Shown here piece by piece: positions 39,953-48,970 of a stretch of 63,080 nucleotides of DNA (position 1 is its first letter; the number at the start of each line of letters is the position of its first letter). The notes under the pieces are model-generated. The model had not been told where the DNA came from. It did not search any database and saw only the letters and a list, made by a program, of their open reading frames with translations. Origin of the DNA: Bacteroidota bacterium (lineage in GTDB: Bacteria > Bacteroidota > Bacteroidia > Palsa-965); NCBI GenBank assembly GCA_021299855.1, contig JAJTEY010000005.1, positions 1 to 63,080 on the forward strand, given 5' to 3'. A program made the translations under genes and the position numbers.

Positions 39953-42063
39953 GCGAAAGCTTCGAATTCTTCTTTCGTTTTAATTTTCCGAACAGCGGAA
40001 CTGCATCCATCATCCACGGGCTTAGCAATAAAAGGCCAATGAATATGTTTATCGATATATGCCAATACCGAAGCAGGATTTTTCACCCATTCATCCTGAG
40101 TAACGAGCACGTGTTCCGCAACCAAAAATCCATTTTGTTTTAAAATTTCATTCGTGCGGTATTTGTCAATGGTAATCTGCGAACTCTCTTTGCCGCTTCC
40201 ATTGTACGGAACACCCAATGCATCAAGCTTCTCCTGCACTGCCCCATCTTCCCCCGGACGACCATGCAGTGCAATAAACACAGCATCGGCCATTTTGCTT
40301 AACTCTTCGTAAGAAATTTTTCGTGGAGCAGACAGTGCGTCAGGAGATGCGAAGCGGTTGGTAATCGAAGCAGCCTCCTGTATAATTTTGCGCACAACAG
40401 GATGAATTTTCCACGCATCAATTTTCTCTTTTATATCATCCGCATTATCCTTCAACAAAATATTTACGGGAATAACATACAACTGATGATCATCGGCATG
40501 ACCGGTAAGAAACACCGGTATCGGGCTATACTTGGTTGATGAAGATAATTTCTCGAAAATATTTCGTCCGCTTTCTACTGAAATATGGCGCTCGGATGAA
40601 TATCCGCCTAACAATACCGCAACGCGTGTACGTTCTTGTGCCGCTGAACGAATAGCATCCATGCCCGAATCGAGACGATGCAACAATTGATCGTAGTGCT
40701 GTCCGTTTTTGTCCGACTTAATACGCGCTAGCAAAGAAGTACGGATGATGTACGTCAAAAACTGAGAAGGATTCAATCCGATTTCTGCAGCCTGATGAAA
40801 GAAAAACGACGATGGCATCATTCCTGAAGTGGTGTTCGGATCATTCAAATAAATTTTTCCATCATCACCAACGAATCCATCGATGCGCGCATAAACATCA
40901 AATTGCAGGGCTGTAAATAAACGCACACATTCTGTTCTGATAGCTTCGATTTGGGCATCAGGCAATTCAATAGGCGTAATTTTGCGCGAAAGTCCCGGTA
41001 AATATTTGGAACGATAATCGAATAACTCCTTGCCTTTACGAATCTCTGTAGGAGGCAATGCCACAGGAGTAGCGTCCTCTCGTTCCACTACAATACATGA
41101 AAATTCTTTCCCCGAAATAAATCCTTCCACAAGCACTACACTTTCAGCATCCAGAGCTTCCAGTGTTACACTTGCATGTTTTGCAGCAAATAATACGTCC
41201 AAGCGCTGCAACAAATTATCCGGATGAAAAATCATTTCGGTGTTGGTTCCGGCAGTTAATTTCACCGGCAATCCTATACCTTCACGAATGTCTGTTAGAA
41301 CGCGGATTGTTGCATTCTTATCGCTTGCTGATAAAGAGTTCCATGCTGAGGAGGATATAGTTTTGATAAACAAACTCTTGAGTAAGGCTTCGCGTAATTG
41401 GTTTGCATCAGCTTCATGCAAAATTGAAATTCCGATGGATGAACCTTGCGTGGATGCCTTTACTACAGCAGGAAAACCAATTTCTTGCTGAATTTTTTGA
41501 AATAACTTTTCGCCTGAATCGCTAAGAATGTCCTCTCGTGATAAGGCAATAAAGTTAGGAGATGCAAAACCCGCATTCACCATCAACTTCTTCTGAACCG
41601 CCTTATCAATACCGATTGCAGAAGGCAATATCCCCGAACCGGAATACGGAATTTTAAAATATTCCAACAGACCCTGAATTTTGCCATCTTCACCGAAAGG
41701 TCCGTGCAAACATAAAAACGCAAAATCAATTTCTTGCTTTAACTGCTCAACACTCAAACGCTTACCCAACTGTCCAAACATGGCATTCACGGTTGCATCA
41801 TCAGGATTCAAAGATTCCGCATACACCTGAAATTCGCCCTGTGACTCAGGAATAAAATCTACGGGCGGATAAAAGTCACGGATACTGCCTTTGTACAGGT
41901 ATTCCCAATTTAACAACACGAAATTGCCGCAGCTGTCCACAAAAATCGGCACCGCTTCAAACAGGGATTTATTTAAATTATCATAAACGGTTCTACCTCC
42001 AGCAAATGATATTTCACGTTCACGGGATGATCCTCCGAAAATAATTCCAATCTTCAATTTCAT
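39916..42063 (-). CDS. ddl: Two-module (tandem) D-alanine--D-alanine ligase, N-terminal part, frameshifted near 39940-39980
   Basis: Module 1: IFGGSSREREIS, LHGPFGEDG, GSSIG, FDYRSKY, ARIDGF, DPNTTSG. Module 2 begins LLGGYSSERHIS, LHGRPGEDG, KPVDDGCSS. Confidence 0.88.
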   Translation of the reverse strand: MKLKIGIIFGGSSREREISFAGGRTVYDNLNKSLFEAVPIFVDSCGNFVLLNWEYLYKGSIRDFYPPVDFIPESQGEFQVYAESLNPDDATVNAMFGQLGKRLSVEQLKQEIDFAFLCLHGPFGEDGKIQGLLEYFKIPYSGSGILPSAIGIDKAVQKKLMVNAGFASPNFIALSREDILSDSGEKLFQKIQQEIGFPAVVKASTQGSSIGISILHEADANQLREALLKSLFIKTISSSAWNSLSASDKNATIRVLTDIREGIGLPVKLTAGTNTEMIFHPDNLLQRLDVLFAAKHASVTLEALDAESVVLVEGFISGKEFSCIVVEREDATPVALPPTEIRKGKELFDYRSKYLPGLSRKITPIELPDAQIEAIRTECVRLFTALQFDVYARIDGFVGDDGKIYLNDPNTTSGMMPSSFFFHQAAEIGLNPSQFLTYIIRTSLLARIKSDKNGQHYDQLLHRLDSGMDAIRSAAQERTRVAVLLGGYSSERHISVESGRNIFEKLSSSTKYSPIPVFLTGHADDHQLYVIPVNILLKDNADDIKEKIDAWKIHPVVRKIIQEAASITNRFASPDALSAPRKISYEELSKMADAVFIALHGRPGEDGAVQEKLDALGVPYNGSGKESSQITIDKYRTNEILKQNGFLVAEHVLVTQDEWVKNPASVLAYIDKHIHWPFIAKPVDDGCSSAVRKIKTKEEFEAFAPKKSFRINLLF

Positions 42064-42183
42064 AGCGTCGAATATGCCCGACTCAATATGATCAGGCATG
42101 TGTAAAGATAAGCAATCGCGCAGGGTGTGGAAGGTTCCGGCAACAGAACTGTTGTCAACTTTTGAACAAGTGTCGGCTGAAAT

Positions 42184-42765
42184 CTATTGATTGCGGGAAG
42201 CCATCCATTGCGCCCATGCCTTAACGGCCCTCGAGCGGTGACTTAAACGATTTTTTTCATCGCCGGACATTTGTGCAAATGTGTGCGTTTCACCATCCGG
42301 AATAAACAGCGGATCATAGCCAAACCCATTACTACCACGAAGTTCCAAGGCAATAACTCCGTTCACGATTCCTTCAAAAAGATACTCACCGGTTTCATCA
42401 ATAAAAGCCAACACGGTACGAAATCGTGCGTGACGTGTAACTTCGGAACGTAGCTCCTGCAATAATTTGGCATTATTTGCCTGATCATCTTTTTGCGGTC
42501 CGGCGTAACGAGCCGAATACACTCCCGGAGCGTTGTTGAGTTCAACTACTTCCAATCCCGAATCGTCCGATAGCGTTGGATTTCCCGTGAGTTGAAATAT
42601 TTTACGAGCCTTTTGTAAAGCATTTTCCTCCAGTGTGGTACCTGTTTCCTCTAACTCATTTTTCACCAAATCATCTATGCCCGATGCTGCAATTCCTGCA
42701 GGCAGAACAGCCTGTATCTCCTTTATTTTGTAAGGATTCTGAGTAGCTAACAGTATAGTAATCAT
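42184..42765 (-). CDS. rdgB: Non-canonical purine NTP pyrophosphatase (RdgB/HAM1)
   Basis: ATQNPYK, EETG.T..ENA..KA, DDSGLEV, PGVYSARYAG, GFGYDPLF, KNRLSHR; TAACTTTG -7 element at 42808-42815. Confidence 0.96.
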   Translation of the reverse strand: MITILLATQNPYKIKEIQAVLPAGIAASGIDDLVKNELEETGTTLEENALQKARKIFQLTGNPTLSDDSGLEVVELNNAPGVYSARYAGPQKDDQANNAKLLQELRSEVTRHARFRTVLAFIDETGEYLFEGIVNGVIALELRGSNGFGYDPLFIPDGETHTFAQMSGDEKNRLSHRSRAVKAWAQWMASRNQ

Positions 42766-42823
42766 GAGATTTAAGTAAATGCTTATCTTGTAACGTTATT
42801 AACTCAGCAAAGTTAAACTTTAC

Positions 42824-43702
42824 GTGAAGAAGATTGACCTTATGATTGTCGGAGCGCAAAAGGCCGGCAGGACATCGCTGAAAAACTATTTGGGTGAACA
42901 TCCGAACATTTCTACGCATGATCAGAAGGAAATCGGATACTTTGTGGTGGATGAAGAATACCGTGAAAGGATAGAAAAAGCAGATGAAAAGTATTTTCAC
43001 GATTATTGTAAAGGTAGCACGTTGATTGCCAAAAATGCCATGCTGTATGCGCATACTGAAGAATTGAAAAGTCTTTCAAAGTGTAATCCTCAATGTAAAA
43101 TTGTCATTATGCTTCGTAATCCGATTGACAGGATGTACAGAGCTTTTTGGATGGAACAATTTTACGGTTCAGTAAAGACAGATTGTACTGCCATGCAGGA
43201 AGTAATAGCCTGTGGAGTCCGCGATACAAGGGATAGGCGTTATGAGATTTTTGTTGGAATGAGTTTATACATCAATCATCTGAGATATATCTACGCGAAC
43301 TTTCCCAAGGAACAAGTTAAAATATTCTCGTTCAAAGGTTTTAAAAAAGATTTGCTATCGTATTGTAAAGAAGTTTATGAATGGTTGCGGGTGTCTTTCG
43401 ATTTTCAGCCTGCAACACATGTTGTTAATAATGAAACTAAAAAGACGCAATCATTAACGTATTCAAGGTTAACGAATAGAATTGTTAACAATAATTATCC
43501 GATCAAGAAACCGATAAAAAAAGTGGTTGCTGCTTCTGCCAATCATAAGTTAGGTCAAGCTTTACGTGGCATAAATAAAACAGAAAAGCGACCGGATCCT
43601 GTCCCTGCAGACATGCGCACGTATTTGAAAACTTTTTTCGAGCCTTACAACAAGTATGTACAACAACTTACAGGATTTGATACCGAGCTATGGAACCAAT
43701 AA
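42824..43702 (+). CDS. PAPS-dependent sulfotransferase family protein with altered cofactor motifs
   Basis: IVGAQKAGRTSL..YL..HP.I, KE..YF, KIVIMLRNPIDR.Y, L...F.PYN..V..L.G.....W. Confidence 0.78.
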   Translation: MKKIDLMIVGAQKAGRTSLKNYLGEHPNISTHDQKEIGYFVVDEEYRERIEKADEKYFHDYCKGSTLIAKNAMLYAHTEELKSLSKCNPQCKIVIMLRNPIDRMYRAFWMEQFYGSVKTDCTAMQEVIACGVRDTRDRRYEIFVGMSLYINHLRYIYANFPKEQVKIFSFKGFKKDLLSYCKEVYEWLRVSFDFQPATHVVNNETKKTQSLTYSRLTNRIVNNNYPIKKPIKKVVAASANHKLGQALRGINKTEKRPDPVPADMRTYLKTFFEPYNKYVQQLTGFDTELWNQ

Positions 43703-44508
43703 AGGAATATACCATAAAAGCTCCGGGGAAATTTCAATTGAATCTTTCGGAATTAAAACAGTATCATGAACTCTTGTATTTCTTCACATGGCGTGATATT
43801 AAAATAAAATATAAGCAAACGGCGCTCGGATTTTTATGGGCGGTTTTACAACCTTTACTTATAGCGGGAATTTTAGCATTCGTTTTAGGCAATCGAAACA
43901 GTGGCTTCATTAATAACTTCCTGCCGTTTTATGCGGGAGTAATGGTATGGAACATTTTTGCTTCAGGTATTAATAATGCAGGAAATAGCATGGTAAGTAA
44001 TGCTAACATAATTAAGAAAATATATTTCCCGCGTTTGTTACTTCCACTCTCTTCTCTCGCCGGTACATTGTTCGATTTTACCATGTCCATTCCAATTCTG
44101 GTGGCAGTTTGTATGCTGTCACCAACAGAAATAAACATCGCACAGGTGTTATGTACGTTTCCTATGGCTGTAATTACTATGCTGTATGCAGCTACGGGAC
44201 CTGCACTACTGCTCTCGGCGTTGAACGTAAAATATCGCGACTTCCGTTACGTTATTCCGTTTTTACTACAACTATTACTTTTCGCATCACCGCTTTTTAT
44301 TAAAACAATTAATATTCCAACACACCTTAAACCCATACTGAATATTAATCCAGCTGCGCTTGGAATTCAATGGGCTCAGGCAGGATTTGGTGGCGAATTA
44401 CCTTCAAGTATGGAATTAATTTCAGGCTATTGTACGTATGCCCTATTCCTGATTATAGGCATATATTATTTTAAGAAAACTGAACATAATTTCGCAGATC
44501 TCGCGTGA
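43690..44508 (+). CDS. wzm: Polysaccharide ABC exporter permease
   Basis: WRDIKIKYKQTALGFLW, IIKKIYFPR, LNVKYRDFRY, EHNFAD. Confidence 0.92.
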   Translation: MEPIKEYTIKAPGKFQLNLSELKQYHELLYFFTWRDIKIKYKQTALGFLWAVLQPLLIAGILAFVLGNRNSGFINNFLPFYAGVMVWNIFASGINNAGNSMVSNANIIKKIYFPRLLLPLSSLAGTLFDFTMSIPILVAVCMLSPTEINIAQVLCTFPMAVITMLYAATGPALLLSALNVKYRDFRYVIPFLLQLLLFASPLFIKTINIPTHLKPILNINPAALGIQWAQAGFGGELPSSMELISGYCTYALFLIIGIYYFKKTEHNFADLA

Positions 44509-45692
44509 AGCCTATTCTCGAAATACAAAACATCAGCAAGACGTTCAGGATTAACCATGAACAGACGCCGTATTTAAGTATGCGCGATGCCGTGTCGGGA
44601 ATATTTAAAAGCAGTGCCACCGAAGTAGAAACTTTTTACGCACTGCGAGATATCAGCTTTAGTGTTCAACAGGGTGATACCATTGGAATAGTAGGTAAAA
44701 ACGGCGCGGGTAAATCTACATTGCTAAAAATCCTTTCACGTATCACGCCTCCTACTGCAGGACAAATTAAAGTGCGCGGCAGGATTGCAAGTTTACTTGA
44801 AGTTGGAACGGGCTTTCATCCCGAACTAACAGGTCGTGAAAATATCTTCATGAACGGTTCTATACTCGGAATGAAACGCTCAGAAATCAATTCAAAATTC
44901 GACCAAATTGTAGAGTTCTCGGGCACAGGAAAGTTTTTAGATACACCGCTAAAGCATTATAGCAGTGGAATGCAATTGCGACTTGCATTCTCTGTTGCGG
45001 CCTTCCTTGAACCGGAAATTTTAATTATTGATGAAGTACTAGCGGTTGGTGACGTTGAGTTTCAGCAACGCTGCATGGGCAAAATGGAAGATGTTAGCAA
45101 AAGCGGACGTACTATCCTATTTGTAAGTCACAACATGGGCGCTGTTCAGGCGTTATGCAAAAACAGCATTTACCTGCAACAAGGTCAACTGAAAATGCAG
45201 GGCCCAACAGGACAAATTATTCAAACGTATCTCAATGATCAACCAAGAGCCTGCAATACAATCAGAACAGCGGATGCAGTAAAACGATGTGCAGTCCTGC
45301 AAGTTGAAAAAACAATGCAAAATGAGCAGTTTGCAGAAGTAACGGTTCGCATTCATTCCATAAGTTCAATGGCTTGCGCACTAGATTTGCGTTTAAGCAG
45401 TATCGATTTGACGCCTGCAGGATTCGGATCTTTAGGTACTTTTAATCCGAAAGAAAAAGTTCAACTTCAACCGGGTGATAACATCGTCCAATTTCGTATT
45501 CCTACGTCAACTTTAGCGAACGGACTCTACTACATGAGTATTGATCTTACGGAACCGGATAAAGAATATTACGATCGTGCAGAACAAGCACTTTTGCTTG
45601 AGATAGCAAATCAACCAATTGTTGCAACGGGAAGAGTGTTGCAGTTGGACTGGAAATACGGCACACAACAAATACAGATACAGAAACTATAA
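44505..45692 (+). CDS. wzt: Polysaccharide ABC exporter ATP-binding subunit with C-terminal extension
   Basis: GKNGAGKST, YSSGMQLRLAF, IIDEVLAVGD, FVSH; C-terminal domain (LANGLYY). Confidence 0.92.
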   Translation: MKPILEIQNISKTFRINHEQTPYLSMRDAVSGIFKSSATEVETFYALRDISFSVQQGDTIGIVGKNGAGKSTLLKILSRITPPTAGQIKVRGRIASLLEVGTGFHPELTGRENIFMNGSILGMKRSEINSKFDQIVEFSGTGKFLDTPLKHYSSGMQLRLAFSVAAFLEPEILIIDEVLAVGDVEFQQRCMGKMEDVSKSGRTILFVSHNMGAVQALCKNSIYLQQGQLKMQGPTGQIIQTYLNDQPRACNTIRTADAVKRCAVLQVEKTMQNEQFAEVTVRIHSISSMACALDLRLSSIDLTPAGFGSLGTFNPKEKVQLQPGDNIVQFRIPTSTLANGLYYMSIDLTEPDKEYYDRAEQALLLEIANQPIVATGRVLQLDWKYGTQQIQIQKL

Positions 45693-45697
45693 GCCCG

Positions 45698-46396
45698 ATG
45701 CTGAAAATAACTTATAAAATACTGAACCGTGTTTTGTATTCGGGCAAGTTCGGAGACGTGAAACTCCGCCGGGAATTAATTCAGCTATTACCTAAGACGC
45801 CGATCAATTATTGTGATATTGGAGGTTTTGACGGTAGTTTTTACCAGTTTCTTCAAAAAGAATTAAACATCAAACAAGGTATTATATTTGAACCGCAAGA
45901 AAAGTATTTTCAATTATTAAAAAATAAATTTGAAAAGAATGCTGCTGTATCGGTTTATCCTTATGCAGTAAGTGATTTGCCGGGAGAACTGGATTTTTAT
46001 GAAAATGCGCTACCTGCAACTTCTTCACTATTGCCTGCAGACGAGCAACTACTGGGCAAAGAAATTGATATTTCCGGCACAAAACGAAGCGTTCAAGTTG
46101 TAACGCTAGACAGCATGAACGTTTTAGCAGGTGAGCCTCTCGGACTGATGAAATTGGATATTCAAGGTGCAGAATTACATGCATTGACAGGTGCAATAAA
46201 CACGTTACAAAGAACTGAGTACATCTGGATAGAAGTTTCATTTAAACCTTTGTACAAAGGATCTCCGGTGTTTGATGACATCGTTTCTTTCTTGGAATCG
46301 CAACAGTTCATCATGATCAATATCCTACCAGGATTCAAAAGTGTTGAAGGTGAATTATTGCAAGCTGACGTATTATTTAAAAAACGAGGTATATGA
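45698..46396 (+). CDS. FkbM family methyltransferase
   Basis: DIGGFDG, FEP, TSSLL, TLD, MKLDIQGAEL..L.GA, IEVSF..LY, QADVLF. Confidence 0.88.
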   Translation: MLKITYKILNRVLYSGKFGDVKLRRELIQLLPKTPINYCDIGGFDGSFYQFLQKELNIKQGIIFEPQEKYFQLLKNKFEKNAAVSVYPYAVSDLPGELDFYENALPATSSLLPADEQLLGKEIDISGTKRSVQVVTLDSMNVLAGEPLGLMKLDIQGAELHALTGAINTLQRTEYIWIEVSFKPLYKGSPVFDDIVSFLESQQFIMINILPGFKSVEGELLQADVLFKKRGI

Positions 46397-47232
46397 TACT
46401 TTCAAGAATCAGATTCTCCGTTCAGCAACGCATCTTTTGGAGTGATGTTCGAAGAAAACGAAAAGAATGGTTATCGCTTCGAAATCAACGACAAGACGTT
46501 ATAATTAAATTTTCACCTGATCTTTCACTCAAATTATATACAGATAACGAACTTGCCCCTCATATTTATTGCGGTGCATTTGAATGGGCAGAACGGGAGT
46601 GGCTGGAATCAGCATTAAAACCGGGAATGGTATTTTATGATATAGGGGCCAACATAGGGTTTTTCTCGTTAATTGCTGCGGAAAAAGTAACTCCACATGG
46701 ACATGTATACAGCTTCGAACCGGTTACCGGAACACATGATCGACTTGTCGAGAACATACAACTTAATAATATTGATAAACACGTTACCACTTTCCTTGCA
46801 GCTGCATCAAACCATGCAGGTGAAGCCCAAATTTATATTCCCGACAAAAAAATGGATGCGTGGAATTCTTTGGCTATTAAACCCGAAACAAGCAGTTACC
46901 GATTAGAAACCATTAAGACTATCGTTCTCGATGAACTTGTTGCAAGCAATACGCTTCGTTCACCCGATATTATAAAAATTGATGTAGAAGGCTGGGAATT
47001 GCATGTGCTCAGAGGTTTGCAACAAACATTACAAAAACACCATCCCACTTTATTTATTGAATTTACTTCACAAAACCTGAAAGCCGCAGGATCAAGTTGC
47101 ACAGAATTAGCTGATTTTATTCGTGCCTTAGGTTATCAATTATATGAATACGATCCATGTTACAAAAATTTATTAGTTCAGCATGATTTTAATTTCGAGC
47201 ACAAAAATCTGATTGCGAAACCGGCACGATGA
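46393..47232 (+). CDS. FkbM family methyltransferase
   Basis: YDIGANIGFFS, VYSFEP, IKIDVEGWELHVLRG, P.LFIE. Confidence 0.9.
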   Translation: MILSRIRFSVQQRIFWSDVRRKRKEWLSLRNQRQDVIIKFSPDLSLKLYTDNELAPHIYCGAFEWAEREWLESALKPGMVFYDIGANIGFFSLIAAEKVTPHGHVYSFEPVTGTHDRLVENIQLNNIDKHVTTFLAAASNHAGEAQIYIPDKKMDAWNSLAIKPETSSYRLETIKTIVLDELVASNTLRSPDIIKIDVEGWELHVLRGLQQTLQKHHPTLFIEFTSQNLKAAGSSCTELADFIRALGYQLYEYDPCYKNLLVQHDFNFEHKNLIAKPAR

Positions 47233-48110
47233 AATCAATTCCGAAAATCAGTATTGTTGTTCCGTCTTTCAATCAGGGACAATTTATAGGTGAGACGCTG
47301 GAATCACTGATCACTCAGCAATACCCGAATCTGGAACTAATTATCATCGATGGTGGAAGTACAGATAATACGGTAGCTGTTATTGAACATTACGCACCTT
47401 ACATTACATATTGGGTAAGTGAAAAAGACAACGGACAAACGCATGCAATTAACAAAGGCCTTGCACATGTAACCGGAGATATTTTTAACTGGCTCAACAG
47501 CGACGACGTCCTTGAACCGGGATCATTACATCATCTTGCGCAATTGTACAATCAATATCCTACTAAGAATTTATTTATTGGGAAGACGCGTTTTTTTGAT
47601 TTGAACGGAACAATGCGAAATTCAACACCCATTGTGTACAAGTCCACTGCTACAACTTTAGGATATGGACAGGTAAATCAACCTGCCATGTTTTACAAAA
47701 CGACTGCCCTAACGAAACTTTTACCGTTAGATGATAATCTTCACATGTGCATGGATTTGGATCTTTGGACCCGTTATCTGTTAAACTTCGGCCAAGATGC
47801 GATTTGTCAAAGTGAATGCGTACTTGCAGGATTTCGCTTCCACGGCGATTCGAAAACCATGAGTGCGGCAAATCCCTTCCGGAAAGAACGTGATGTATTG
47901 TACGAAAAATTAATGTCCAAGCATCACAACAATGAAGTCGTTCAATCCGCAATGCCCTATTATTACCTTTGGTATGCAGATGAATTGTTGGGTGCGAAAG
48001 ACTTTATAAATTCAAAGAAATTACTCAAGAAGGTAAATATATTTTGTTTGAATAGTCAGGGACTGCGCCTTTATTTCGGCGTTTACAGGCGCCTAGTACT
48101 GCATACCTAA
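47229..48110 (+). CDS. Glycosyltransferase family 2
   Basis: ISIVVPSFNQG, IDGGSTD, SEKDNGQTHAINKG, WLNSDD, MDLDLW. Confidence 0.92.
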   Translation: MKSIPKISIVVPSFNQGQFIGETLESLITQQYPNLELIIIDGGSTDNTVAVIEHYAPYITYWVSEKDNGQTHAINKGLAHVTGDIFNWLNSDDVLEPGSLHHLAQLYNQYPTKNLFIGKTRFFDLNGTMRNSTPIVYKSTATTLGYGQVNQPAMFYKTTALTKLLPLDDNLHMCMDLDLWTRYLLNFGQDAICQSECVLAGFRFHGDSKTMSAANPFRKERDVLYEKLMSKHHNNEVVQSAMPYYYLWYADELLGAKDFINSKKLLKKVNIFCLNSQGLRLYFGVYRRLVLHT

Positions 48111-48169
48111 TGAGTACATTAAATACTAATGCATTTAACTCCTGAAATTTAATTACGATCAGAAAATAT

Positions 48170-48970
48170 ATGGAATGCCAATGTGCCATGTTAGTTTTAA
48201 GTTGCGATAAATACGCTGATATATGGCCGGTATTCTTTGAGTTTTTATTTAAACATTGGAAAGATTGCCCCTATAAAATCTATTTGGGCAGCAATACGAT
48301 TTCATTCGATAACCCCAAAGTAAAAACTATTCTTTCGGGCACGCCAAAAGATTGGTCAACGGATACAAGATCAATACTAGAGCAGATTGATGAAGAATAT
48401 GTAATCGTAATCTTAGAAGATTATTTCATTTATGCCCACCCTGATCAGGCTTTGTTGAATAGTGCTGTTAATTTTATGAAAAAGCACCAAAGTGTTTTTA
48501 TGCGCTTAGCGTGCTTTCCGGAGGATCATTTTATCGATTATGCATACGATCCAATGCCTAACGAACACCCATTCGTTGCCACCAGAAAAGAAGCGCGCTA
48601 TCGGGTAAATTTGCAAACTGGATTATGGCATAAAAAGTCCTTTTATGAATTAATTATCCCCGGAGAATCGCCATGGGAATTTGAACACAAAGCTACGGAA
48701 CGAAGTAGAACTGATACTCGCTTGTACAGCGGACTAGCAGTAACACCCGGTCTTCGCTATGTGCACGGACCTATTCCCTATTTGTGTACAGCCCTTTCTC
48801 GCGGAGTTTGGATGCTCGACGCCATAGAATTATGCCGGAAGGAAGGAATTGTTTTAAATACAGGAAAGCGTCCCGTGGAAACAAAATGGGCGTATATAAA
48901 TAGGCGTTGGTACCATATAATGCCCTTTGGTTGGCGGAAATATGTAGATTTTATTTTTTCAAAATGGTAG
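48170..48970 (+). CDS. Hypothetical protein, probable GT-A fold glycosyltransferase
   Basis: LVLSCDKYADIW, YVIVILEDYF (acidic motif), LQTGLW.K, SPWEFE; sits inside a glycan operon. Confidence 0.5.
   Translation: MECQCAMLVLSCDKYADIWPVFFEFLFKHWKDCPYKIYLGSNTISFDNPKVKTILSGTPKDWSTDTRSILEQIDEEYVIVILEDYFIYAHPDQALLNSAVNFMKKHQSVFMRLACFPEDHFIDYAYDPMPNEHPFVATRKEARYRVNLQTGLWHKKSFYELIIPGESPWEFEHKATERSRTDTRLYSGLAVTPGLRYVHGPIPYLCTALSRGVWMLDAIELCRKEGIVLNTGKRPVETKWAYINRRWYHIMPFGWRKYVDFIFSKW

Noticed and set aside
39938-39980. Programmed -1 ribosomal frameshift in ddl
   Set aside because: No X-XXY-YYZ heptamer or clear stimulatory structure at the junction; a deletion or assembly error is simpler.
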